DNA from: an uncultured Chloroflexia bacterium
GTDB lineage: Bacteria; Chloroflexota; Chloroflexia; Thermomicrobiales; Thermomicrobiaceae
DNA: 64,000 bases
Assembly: GCA_963739715.1 (NCBI GenBank)
Contig: CAVUBN010000014.1
Location: 16,791 to 80,790, forward strand
Direction of reading: 5' to 3'
Position numbers and translations under genes: made by a program. How positions within the stretch are numbered: the first letter of the stretch is position 1; the number at the start of each line of letters is the position of its first letter. The notes beneath the pieces were generated by a model. It had not been told where the DNA came from. It did no database searches and saw only the letters and a list, made by a program, of their open reading frames with translations. Below, piece after piece: positions 29,360-38,808 of this stretch.

Positions 29360-29917
29360 ATGCAATCGACCGAGACGTTACGGCAGGAGCACGATGCCGT
29401 GTTGGTGGTACTTGACCAGCTCGAACTAGCGGTGCAAGCGGCGGAGCAGGGAGCGCCAGTTCCCGCAGACATCTTCACCGATGTCGGCGAATTCTTTACC
29501 GTCTTCGTGGACCAGTGTCATCACGGGAAAGAGGAGAGCGCCGTCTTCGCACAGTTGAGTGGCGTAGACGGCCAACAGGTGACACGATCGCTCACAGACG
29601 AACACCAGCAAGGACGAGCGCTCGCCGCAACTTACCGGGAAGCGGTCGCAAACTACATTCCCGGTGATTCAGAAACCGTCCATCCGTTGGCCCAAGCCGC
29701 GCGAGCCTACGACGCAATGCTGCGCGCACATATCGAGGAGGAGAACACCGACCTCTTCCCATTGATGGAGCAGTCGCTTACCGATCGAGACGCCGAACTC
29801 ACGGCAGAATTCGATCGCATCGAGCTCGAGGAACTCGGAGCTGGTACGCACGAGCGTCTACACGCGATGATCGACACGCTCCCGGAACGGATTCGCCCGT
29901 GGACGTCAGTCAATTGA
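29360..29917 (+). CDS. Hemerythrin (HHE cation-binding) domain protein
   Basis: LRQEHD, HHGKEE, DEHQQG and HIEEEN His/Glu motifs. Begins 1 nt after the previous stop. Confidence 0.85.
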   Translation: MQSTETLRQEHDAVLVVLDQLELAVQAAEQGAPVPADIFTDVGEFFTVFVDQCHHGKEESAVFAQLSGVDGQQVTRSLTDEHQQGRALAATYREAVANYIPGDSETVHPLAQAARAYDAMLRAHIEEENTDLFPLMEQSLTDRDAELTAEFDRIELEELGAGTHERLHAMIDTLPERIRPWTSVN

Positions 29918-30282
29918 CGACACCGGTCGTCGCTCTCCGTCGCGACGACCCTACGAGCGCGGAGCTCCAGGATCAGCATCGCTCTGCTTCCACCTTCGAA
30001 ACCCGGGCAGGGCAAGTCTCGAACACGTCGGATACTGCGGTGCGACCGGCAAAAACCGTCGATGGCCACACTGGACTTCGATCGCCAGCCGCTTGTTTTG
30101 GCCTGCGAGTGAACGCAGGCCTGCAACCTTGCCTGCGTTCACTGTCGAGCCGACGCTAACTCGCGGCGTCACCCACTGGAGTTGACCACTACGGAACCGT
30201 TGTGTTAACGACCCCACTCGATAACATTTCGATTTGACACGGCCCCGCAGGTCGTTACGGCTTTTTGCGACCGTGCCCATCT

Positions 30283-31314
30283 TCAACCAGATGACCGGTC
30301 ATCTGCAGCCATGTGCGCGGCAAGCGTCTCCAGGTTGTCCCAGCCCATGCCTCGCTCGCCCCGTTCGATCTCGCGGATCAACGCGACGATAGCCCGATTC
30401 AGGGGCATCGCGAGACCCAGCGACTCCCCTCGGGCCGCTACCTCGTTATGACGCTCCACTTCAGTTACGCGGCGCTTCACCCGCAAGTCGCGCCAGACGC
30501 CGGTATGCTGCTTGATCGAGTGCGCCATCTCATCAGCAACGCGATCGAGACTGCCGTTGGCACGCTCTTCCCAACCGGGTCCCGGCAGAAAATCGGTGGG
30601 ATCAAACGGACCAATCGGTTCCAATTGGTAGCCCTGGGCAGCACCGACACGCGCGGTTTCACTGGCCGCCGTGCGCGCCACCTGCCGCGCTAGCGGGTTC
30701 GCCAGCACCTCCGGCGCCGGTGCGTCGACGCAGGAGATCACAAACGACATCGTGCCATAGACCAGCTTGCCCCAGAGGTAGCCCCATATGTTCGGGGTGA
30801 GATAGGTCGGCATGACCGCGCTCAGCACGTTCTGCAGTTCGTGCAGACGTGACGTGATCTCGCCGTTCAGTTCGCCGAGAAAGATGTCGTGCTCCTGGCC
30901 GAGCTGGATCAACCCAGGCGCAATGTAGTCAGCACCAAAATGAATAAATGCACCCACCGTCCGCTCCGGGCCAATGTGTCGGGCGATGATCTCCTCGTTC
31001 AAGCCGTTTTGGAACGAGACGACGTATCCGTCTGGCGCGAGCAGTGGTCCGTACTGCCGCATGGCCGCGTCGGTGAAATGAGTCTTCACCGCCAGGATGA
31101 CCGTCTCAAGCGGGCCGGAAAGCTCATCAGGCAGGATTGCCCGGACGGGATAATACCGGTCGCCTCTCACACCGGTCAGGTGCAGGCCCCGCTCGTTCAT
31201 GAGCCGAACGTGCTCCGGGATAACATCGACGACCGTGACGTCGTTTCCCGCCTGGGTCAGAAATGCACCGGTCGTCCCACCGATCGCACCTGCTCCGATG
31301 ATCGTAATCTTCAT
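30283..31314 (-). CDS. panE: 2-dehydropantoate 2-reductase (ApbA/PanE family)
   Basis: MKITIIGAGAIGG Rossmann start (ATG 31314 behind GGAGGA). ApbA-like C-terminal half. Confidence 0.85.
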   Translation of the reverse strand: MKITIIGAGAIGGTTGAFLTQAGNDVTVVDVIPEHVRLMNERGLHLTGVRGDRYYPVRAILPDELSGPLETVILAVKTHFTDAAMRQYGPLLAPDGYVVSFQNGLNEEIIARHIGPERTVGAFIHFGADYIAPGLIQLGQEHDIFLGELNGEITSRLHELQNVLSAVMPTYLTPNIWGYLWGKLVYGTMSFVISCVDAPAPEVLANPLARQVARTAASETARVGAAQGYQLEPIGPFDPTDFLPGPGWEERANGSLDRVADEMAHSIKQHTGVWRDLRVKRRVTEVERHNEVAARGESLGLAMPLNRAIVALIREIERGERGMGWDNLETLAAHMAADDRSSG

Positions 31315-31858
31315 AGGTCCTCCAATTACAGACGGCGGTACGTCGATCCACGCGTGCGGACCTCGATTAGACAACGAATTTCTGAGCGTGTAAGCAGCGG
31401 CTAACACCGACGGGCATGACTGACAAGTTAGAATACCTCGCGAGCTTCTCATACCGTGGGTGCCAGTGCCTGTCAAGATCGTCCGCGACATAGCGTAGAA
31501 CCGGCGTAGGAGACGCTGTAGCCAGGCCCCCAGTTATCGTGGAATCTGACATAATATTGTAATATCTCAACCCTTTTCTTCCAGTCTTTCTTAATCGTTC
31601 AGTCCATATGATAGTTCTGCGTTCTTCACCTACTGGCTGGCTGTTAGGCAACCACGCCTGATCAGGTCATTGGAGCTGGAGTGCTGTGGAGTGCAAACAT
31701 GCGGAGCAATGTTCAGCCGCACCGAACAGAATTCTTTGCTATTGCGAGAAGGAATTCGGCTCTGATGTGCGCTCACTCTGTGGCGTTCATCTATCCACCC
31801 ACATTTTAGCCCGTCACCGTCGTCGCGAATTCGATGTTCGGGTGAAGGAAGGGCCTGA

Positions 31859-32086
31859 ATGACGGCAACGATCTTTTTCCGCAACGGTGACCAGCACGTC
31901 GTGGTCGAGGCAATCGCCGTGGCAGAAGAACTTTTGCTCACTCCCGACGGATTTCGCAAACACCTTGTATGCCGGGATCACACGGGACACATTGTCGCGC
32001 AATTCGATCGAGACACGGTCCTCGGATATCGCCGGATCCATTCGAAAGACGAACACGTGATCGAATTACCTCCCAGTTCGCCATGA
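31859..32086 (+). CDS. Hypothetical small protein (75 aa)
   Basis: ATG behind GGAAGGG. No recognisable family. Confidence 0.35.
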   Translation: MTATIFFRNGDQHVVVEAIAVAEELLLTPDGFRKHLVCRDHTGHIVAQFDRDTVLGYRRIHSKDEHVIELPPSSP

Positions 32087-32118
32087 AGAGCGGCCACCCG
32101 CGCGCAGGCAGGAGAGGA

Positions 32119-32358
32119 ATGATGACGGCTTTTTCGTTGATCGATGGACATGTATATCGCTTACCCACTGGACGCGAGTTTCTGGTGCACATCGATGGCC
32201 GGCGATGCGAGCTCTTCAACCATGCCGAGTGGCTCGAACATACCCACGCAGCCTATGCCGTTGAGGTAGACGGTACGATCAGCTTTCAGGGGCTCGATAC
32301 CGGCTGGCGCGCCGATGATCTCTCGGATACCGGGCGGAACAGTGAGGCGTGGGATTGA
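32119..32358 (+). CDS. Hypothetical small protein (79 aa)
   Basis: ATGATG behind CAGGAGAGGA, 33 nt after the previous ORF. No recognisable family. Confidence 0.4.
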   Translation: MMTAFSLIDGHVYRLPTGREFLVHIDGRRCELFNHAEWLEHTHAAYAVEVDGTISFQGLDTGWRADDLSDTGRNSEAWD

Positions 32359-32770
32359 GGCATTGCGGAACCGGAGCTGCCATGTCCGTATTGAACCTTG
32401 CCAAAGTCGCGCATGGATGGTGCTTCCCTCACGGACCTCATGACCAGGATGGCGGTACGCAAAATGCGCTTAGTGTACCGCGGTCGTGTCTTCACTCCAA
32501 TCTTCTTTGATCCGCAAAACCTCGGGGAATAGCAATCTGTTCGTTGTACCGAGGAACGACCTGATCAGCATTTACGTCAAGGAGAACACCGCCCGCAGTG
32601 TTCGCGCCTGGAGATGAGATCCCGACGCCGTTCGGCATCACAACAGGACATCCTTTCCTGCTCAATTGGCGCGATGCACTTTTGACGATTGGATCGATGT
32701 TTCGATCAAATTCTTGGGAGGCAGCGTCTTCTGAACCGTCGCTGCTCGCAGGTGACGAGAGGAGTTCGAT

Positions 32771-33442
32771 ATGGATCTTGGACTTGGTAAGCGCGTCATG
32801 AGTCGTGATGGCCAGCATGTCGGTCATGTCGATGGTCTGGTGCTGAACTACGACACGCGTGACATTGAGAGCTTTATCATTCGTTCCGGTGTGTTCTTGA
32901 CCCACGATCGGTTCGTTTCCCTGGAGCTGATTGATCACATCAGCCCGGATGGCGACGTCTCGCTCACGATCACGGCCCCGGAAGTCGAGAAACTACCGGA
33001 ATTCACTGAACGCGATTTTGTCGCCGCCACCCGCGACGATCTTGGGACGATGCCGGACGCGTGGACCTCCATGGCGACGGGCGCACTACCGGTCTATTTT
33101 GGCACGGGCTCTGATGCGCTCGGATTTAGAAGTACCGGGATGTCCAACGAGGCAGCCAGGCGGGACTCCCCTGGATATGAATCCGATTCCAACCTTCCAT
33201 CTCAAGACATCGTGATCGACAGTGGCACGAACGTCATCGGAAGTGATGGGAAAAAGCTCGGGACCGTAGATGAGATAACGTACGGGCCAGAAGGTCAACT
33301 TACCGGTTTTATCGTCCGAGCCGGGTTCCTCTTCCATCATGATGTGACCGTTCCCGCGGAGTTGATTGAGAGTATCGGCGAAGATCACGTGCGGCTGCGC
33401 GTGACCGAAGAGAAATTGGAACAGCAGTCGAGCTCCACGTAA
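32771..33442 (+). CDS. Protein with two PRC-barrel domains
   Basis: Two repeats of the pattern G..V...DG..VG.V..L (RVMSRDGQHVGHVDGLVL and NVIGSDGKKLGTVDEITY). Confidence 0.8.
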   Translation: MDLGLGKRVMSRDGQHVGHVDGLVLNYDTRDIESFIIRSGVFLTHDRFVSLELIDHISPDGDVSLTITAPEVEKLPEFTERDFVAATRDDLGTMPDAWTSMATGALPVYFGTGSDALGFRSTGMSNEAARRDSPGYESDSNLPSQDIVIDSGTNVIGSDGKKLGTVDEITYGPEGQLTGFIVRAGFLFHHDVTVPAELIESIGEDHVRLRVTEEKLEQQSSST

Positions 33443-33573
33443 GCTCCGAGCGGCGACCTATCAACGTCTCAGTGCAACCCGGTATGCATTGCTGTTACCT
33501 AACCTTCTCGCTGTCGAAGCAACCAGACGGGACGGGTGAGCATGACAGAAACGCTGAACCGGCAGGGAGCATC

Positions 33574-34989
33574 TTGAGCGGAGGCCAGAGACCGGAACCA
33601 TCGAATCAGCAGCCGAACGGCAGATTTGTCTACGTCGCGGTACTCTTCGCCGCCCTCGGAGGTCTGCTGTTTGGCTACGACACTGGAGTGATCTCCGGAG
33701 CGATCCTCTTCGTCAAAGACCAGTTTGCGCTCTCTTCCGGCACGGAGTCTGAAGTCGTCAGCAGCGTCCTCTGGGGAGCGGTCGTCGGCGCATTATTTGG
33801 CGGCTGGCTCGCGGATCGATTCGGCCGCCGGCCCGTCATCCTCGGCGCGGCGATCCTCTTCGTCATCGGTGCAATTGGAACTGCGGTCACTCCGACCGTC
33901 TCCTGGCTCATCGTCGGCCGGGTTGTCGTGGGGCTCGGTATCGGTGTAGCGTCGCTTATTGCTCCGATGTACATCGCCGAGATCGCGCCGCCGGCCATTC
34001 GCGGAACTCTCGTCTCCATCAATCAGCTTGCTTTGGTCAGCGGGATACTCGTGGCCTACCTCGTCGACTACGCACTCTCTGGGGCTGAAGCCTGGCGCTG
34101 GATGTTCGCCTTGGCGGCGTTACCAGCGGCCGTGCTCGCTATCGGCATGGTCTTCCTGCCAGAGAGCCCGCGCTGGCTTATCACCCACGACCGACTCGAT
34201 CAAGGACGCCAGGTTCTCACGCGAATCCGTGGCGGGAAATCTGCCGAGACCGAACGAGAGATTGCCGATATTCGCTCCGGGCTCGCGCAGCAGTCTCGTG
34301 GCTGGAACGAACTCCGCCATCCTGGTGTCCGTCCTGCCCTCGTGGTTGGTGTTCTGCTTGCCCTCTTTCAGCAACTGACCGGCATCAACACGGTGATCTA
34401 CTATGCCCCGACCATCTTTAAGTACGCTGGAATCACGTCGTCGTCCGCCGCGATTCTGGCTACGGTTGGTGTCGGAGTAATCAATGTGCTCACGACGATC
34501 GTCGCGGTGAAACTCATTGATCGCGCCGGTCGTCGCCCATTGTTGCTCGTGAGCCTGATTGGGATGACGGTAAGTCTGGTGGCATTGGGCTTGGCATTCA
34601 GATCACCAAGCACGGGCGGAGTCGTCGGCTTGTTCGCGGCGATCAGCCTCGCGGTCTACATCGCCTCATTCGCGGTTGGGCTAGGACCAGTGTTCTGGTT
34701 GCTGATCTCCGAGATTTATCCCTCAAGTGTGCGGGGAATGGGCATGAGCCTGGCGACCGTCGTGAATTGGGTCACGAATCTTCTCGTCGCGCTCACGTTC
34801 CTGACGTTCATCGACCACCTGGGAAAGCCTGGAACGTTCTGGTTGTATGCCTCGATCACTGTGGTTGCGGTGGTCTTCTCGATCCTCTTCGTCCCCGAAA
34901 CCAAAGGAAAAACGCTGGAAGAGATCGAAGCCCATTGGCATGCCGGCGGGCGGTTACAGGAGTTGGTACACCATACGGACGCAGATTGA
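33574..34989 (+). CDS. Sugar-porter-family MFS transporter
   Basis: GLLFGYDTGVISGA, GRRP, PESPRWL, PETKGKTLEEIE. TTG 33574 behind GGGAG is preferred. The ORF stays open up to 33472. Confidence 0.9.
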   Translation: MSGGQRPEPSNQQPNGRFVYVAVLFAALGGLLFGYDTGVISGAILFVKDQFALSSGTESEVVSSVLWGAVVGALFGGWLADRFGRRPVILGAAILFVIGAIGTAVTPTVSWLIVGRVVVGLGIGVASLIAPMYIAEIAPPAIRGTLVSINQLALVSGILVAYLVDYALSGAEAWRWMFALAALPAAVLAIGMVFLPESPRWLITHDRLDQGRQVLTRIRGGKSAETEREIADIRSGLAQQSRGWNELRHPGVRPALVVGVLLALFQQLTGINTVIYYAPTIFKYAGITSSSAAILATVGVGVINVLTTIVAVKLIDRAGRRPLLLVSLIGMTVSLVALGLAFRSPSTGGVVGLFAAISLAVYIASFAVGLGPVFWLLISEIYPSSVRGMGMSLATVVNWVTNLLVALTFLTFIDHLGKPGTFWLYASITVVAVVFSILFVPETKGKTLEEIEAHWHAGGRLQELVHHTDAD

Positions 34990-35131
34990 TTTATGTCGTA
35001 TGGTGGGTCACAAGGAGTTGATTTGAGCTGGCTCCTTGGCCGTCCGAGAGCATGCCGCTGCATCGATACCATGGATATAGTCTGGTGGCTGGCCCAGGAG
35101 ATGCTGACCTATCGGAGGAAACGAGGCCCGT

Positions 35132-37609
35132 ATGACATCGCAAGGAACCGGCGAGTCTTCAGCAGCGGATCTGCGTACCTTGCCTCTCCCAGACGTCGAA
35201 GCTCGCCTCGAGGCGACGACGGCGGGCCTCAGCCAGGCCGAGGCTCAACGGCGGCTCGCGAAATACGGTCCCAATGCGTTACCCGAGACGCGTCCCAATT
35301 TGCTCTGGAAGGTACTGAGCTATTTTTGGGGGCCGATTCCGTGGATGATCGAGGTAGCAGCGATCCTCTCATTCCTGGTACGTCACTGGGCGGATTTCGG
35401 CATCATCTTGGCCCTGCTTATCGCCAATGCGGTGGTCGGCTTCTGGGAGGAATACCAGGCCGGTAACGCGATCAGTGCCCTCCGGGCGACGCTTGCCCTC
35501 CAAGCCCGCGTACTTCGCGATGGTGGCTGGCTCCAGCTCCCGGTTCGGGAATTGGTGCCGGGTGACGTGATACGCCTGCGCAACGGCGACATCGTACCCG
35601 CCGACGCCCGGCTCCTTGAGGGTGATCCGGTCGAGATCGACCAGTCCGCCCTCACCGGCGAATCGCTGCCGGTCACACGAAGCTCCACCGAGACCGTCTA
35701 CTCCAGTTCCATCGTCAAACGCGGAGAGATCGACGCACTTGTGTACGCCACGGGGACGAAAACCTATTTTGGCAAGACTGCTGAACTGGTCGAAGGTGCC
35801 CATACCGTCAGCCATTTTCAGCGCGCAGTCTTGAAAATCGGGAACTACCTCATCGTCATCGCGATCGCCCTGGCAATCGTCATCCTCACCGTTGCGCTCG
35901 TTCGGGGCGATCGGCTGATCACCACGCTACAGTTCACCCTGATTCTGACGGTCGCGGCAATTCCGGTCGCAATGCCGACTGTTCTTTCGATTACCATGGC
36001 CGTAGGCGCACGCATGCTCGCGCAGCGGGAGGCGATCGTCAGCCGGCTGGCGGCGATCGAGGAACTCGCCGGCATGGATGTCCTCTGCTCGGACAAGACC
36101 GGTACGTTGACGCAGAATCAGCTCACCCTCGGAGCACCATTCTGCGTCGATGACGTCACGCCACAAGAGATCATCCACGCCGCGGCGCTGGCGTCACGAG
36201 CTGAAAATCAGGATCCGATTGATCTCGCCGTACTGAGTGGTCTGTCTGCTGACGAGACGACGACAAACGAGCAGGTGGTTCAGTTTCAGCCATTCGACCC
36301 GGTCAGCAAGCGCACAGAGGCCACCGTGCGCGGCGTGGACGGTGGCACGTTCCAGGTATCCAAGGGAGCCCCGCAGGTCATACAGGCACTGGCCGCCAAC
36401 GCGGCGCAGGTGCAGGACGCGGTCGATCACGCCATCACCGATTTCGCTGCGCGGGGATTCAGGTCACTCGGTGTGGCACGCACCGACGCCCAGGGATCCT
36501 GGCGTTTTCTCGGCGTGCTGCCCTTGTCCGATCCACCACGGGTCGATTCGCACGCGACCATCGAAAGTGCCAAGGAGATGGGCATTTCCGTCAAGATGCT
36601 CACTGGTGACCAGTTGGCAATCGCACGGGAGATCGCGGGTCAACTCGGCTTAGGATCGAATATTCTGGAGGCCGATCACCTGGACGCACATAACGGTGAG
36701 TCTGCCGAGAAGCTTGCTGACGTGATCGAGAAGGCTGATGGCTTTGCTCAGGTCTTCCCCGAGCACAAGTTCCGCATCGTCGAGTCACTCCAGCACCATG
36801 GACACATCGTTGGCATGACTGGGGACGGCGTCAACGACGCACCCCCTCTCAAGCAGGCCGACGCCGGTATTGCCGTCTCCGGCGCCACCGATGCGGCTCG
36901 GGCCGCTGCCGACATCGTACTGCTGGCACCTGGACTAGCCGTCGTCATCGATGCCATCAAGGAAAGCCGCAAGATCTTCCAGCGCATGACGAGCTACGCC
37001 ATCTACCGCATCGCCGAGACCATCCGGGTGCTCCTATTCCTCACACTCTCGATCACACTTTTCAACTTCTACCCGATTACCGCAGTGATGATCGTGCTGC
37101 TCGCACTGCTCAACGATGGGGCGATTCTCAGCATCGCCTACGACCGGGTTCACTACTCCGACCAGCCTGAACGATGGAACATGCCGGAGGTGCTTACGAT
37201 CGCCACGGTGCTTGGAATCGCTGGCGTGGTCGCTTCGTTCACGCTGTTCGCACTGGCCGAGCGCCAATTCCACCTCGACCGGAGCACGATCCAGACGCTG
37301 ATGTACCTCAAGCTGTCGGTGGCCGGACATCTGACGATCTTCGTGACACGCACGCGCGGCCCGTTCTGGTCGATTCGACCAGCCCGAATACTCGTCGGAG
37401 CTGTACTCGGCACGCAGCTACTGGCCACTGCAATCGCGCTTTCAGGGGTGCTTATGGCTCCACTCGGGTTGGGCTGGGTTGCCCTCGTGTGGCTGTATGC
37501 TCTGGCATGGTTCCTGGTCAACGACCGGGTTAAGCTACTCACCTACCGAATTCTGGATCGCCGCCGTCACACGACCCGACTACTTCGGGCGCAGACGTCT
37601 TCGCAGTAG
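35132..37609 (+). CDS. P-type ATPase, plasma-membrane H+-ATPase-like (P3A)
   Basis: GLSQAEAQRRLAKYGPNALPE, TGESLPV, CSDKTGTLTQN, MTGDGVNDAPPLKQADAGIAV. Confidence 0.9.
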   Translation: MTSQGTGESSAADLRTLPLPDVEARLEATTAGLSQAEAQRRLAKYGPNALPETRPNLLWKVLSYFWGPIPWMIEVAAILSFLVRHWADFGIILALLIANAVVGFWEEYQAGNAISALRATLALQARVLRDGGWLQLPVRELVPGDVIRLRNGDIVPADARLLEGDPVEIDQSALTGESLPVTRSSTETVYSSSIVKRGEIDALVYATGTKTYFGKTAELVEGAHTVSHFQRAVLKIGNYLIVIAIALAIVILTVALVRGDRLITTLQFTLILTVAAIPVAMPTVLSITMAVGARMLAQREAIVSRLAAIEELAGMDVLCSDKTGTLTQNQLTLGAPFCVDDVTPQEIIHAAALASRAENQDPIDLAVLSGLSADETTTNEQVVQFQPFDPVSKRTEATVRGVDGGTFQVSKGAPQVIQALAANAAQVQDAVDHAITDFAARGFRSLGVARTDAQGSWRFLGVLPLSDPPRVDSHATIESAKEMGISVKMLTGDQLAIAREIAGQLGLGSNILEADHLDAHNGESAEKLADVIEKADGFAQVFPEHKFRIVESLQHHGHIVGMTGDGVNDAPPLKQADAGIAVSGATDAARAAADIVLLAPGLAVVIDAIKESRKIFQRMTSYAIYRIAETIRVLLFLTLSITLFNFYPITAVMIVLLALLNDGAILSIAYDRVHYSDQPERWNMPEVLTIATVLGIAGVVASFTLFALAERQFHLDRSTIQTLMYLKLSVAGHLTIFVTRTRGPFWSIRPARILVGAVLGTQLLATAIALSGVLMAPLGLGWVALVWLYALAWFLVNDRVKLLTYRILDRRRHTTRLLRAQTSSQ

Positions 37610-37753
37610 CTCTTCTAGCCCCCCGGTGTGCTCGGCGAGGCGCCGCAATGTCTCAATCAGATCGGTAGATCTGTCGGCAAGTGTCTAGAAGCAGTTTAGG
37701 TATCGGCATCTGTTGGCTAACACAAACAACAGGCATCTTGTGTTGCCAGATAA

Positions 37754-37781
37754 TTGACATTCGACGACAGACGTTTATGCT
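37754..37781 (+). promoter_or_regulatory. Sigma-70-like promoter candidate upstream of the DUF4157 gene
   Basis: TTGACA, 16-nt spacer, TATGCT, in an AT-richer gap about 90 nt before ATG 37873. Confidence 0.3.
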
Positions 37782-37872
37782 AGTCGGCATACCGATATGA
37801 ATTCAACTGCGAATAGGGACACCTTCGGCGCGATTCTTGCCAGCGCTTTCGTTCTACCGATTGGATGCCACA

Positions 37873-38781
37873 ATGAATCGGGCTTCTCGACTCCGCCGCA
37901 GCAAACCGTCGATTTCCCACGAGAATACCCAGCCGTCGTTGGCCGAGCCTTTCACGTCTCTCACCGCACCACCTGGTTCAGCGCCAAACGCTGCGCCTCT
38001 CTCGCCCGCACCGGAAGGGCTAAATGGGTCTCCTGGCTACGAATTCGGGCAGATCTCGATCAACCCACCTGGCCAGGCGCCAGAAGCTGGGACCTCGCAT
38101 CTAGAACCTGGACCCAGAATCCAGCGTCAAACGCAGATTGAGATAGAGGGATCAACAGCGTCTCATCCGATGGGTCCCGAGGGTGGCGCCATCGACGCCA
38201 CCGTGCGCGATCGGATTGATGGAGCACGCGGCGGAGGTGCACCGCTCGACTCTGCAGTGCGTACAGAGATGGAACCACTCTTCCAGCACGATTTCGGGAA
38301 GGTTCGGATCTTCGCGGATGCCGAATCTGACACGCTTAACCGACAATTCGGGGCAACCGCGTTTACGACCGGCAGCGATATCTTCTTTCGCCCCGGCGCC
38401 TATAACCCTGCGAGCCAGCAAGGACGCGAACTCCTGGCGCATGAGCTGACCCACGTCGTGCAGCAATCCCCAGCGTCAAATGGCGTCCCGCAGGTTGTGA
38501 CCTCAGCGACAGATGTCCATGAACAGGCTGCCGACACGGCTGCACGCCAGGTGGCATCAAACACTCGCTCTGCGAAAATATCGAACATTCCCACGTCCGA
38601 CTCTGCGACCACGACCTGCTCGTCCGGCGCAAAGCATCGACAGACCTTGACGGAATGGCCGAAGCAGGCGGAGCGCAAGCCCTCTCTGACGAAAAGCGAG
38701 AGCGGGCAAATAACACGGAACCACCTATCCAGCGGGTCCCAAATGTGTCCGATGTTCGCGCGGCGCAGAGAACTCGCATAG
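37873..38781 (+). CDS. DUF4157-domain protein (zincin-like HExxH)
   Basis: LDSAVRTEMEPLFQHDFGKVRIFADAESDTLNRQFGATAFTTGSDIFFRPGAY...LAHELTHVVQQ. The last ~90 codons look compositionally odd. Confidence 0.75.
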   Translation: MNRASRLRRSKPSISHENTQPSLAEPFTSLTAPPGSAPNAAPLSPAPEGLNGSPGYEFGQISINPPGQAPEAGTSHLEPGPRIQRQTQIEIEGSTASHPMGPEGGAIDATVRDRIDGARGGGAPLDSAVRTEMEPLFQHDFGKVRIFADAESDTLNRQFGATAFTTGSDIFFRPGAYNPASQQGRELLAHELTHVVQQSPASNGVPQVVTSATDVHEQAADTAARQVASNTRSAKISNIPTSDSATTTCSSGAKHRQTLTEWPKQAERKPSLTKSESGQITRNHLSSGSQMCPMFARRRELA

Positions 38782-38808
38782 ACGAGATAAGAAAATGGCG
38801 AGGTCAAT

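Noticed and set aside
29951-30286. ORFs of 111-139 aa on the minus strand between the hemerythrin gene and panE
   Set aside because: They are Arg/Ser-rich, overlap each other in different frames, and match no family. I treat the region as non-coding.
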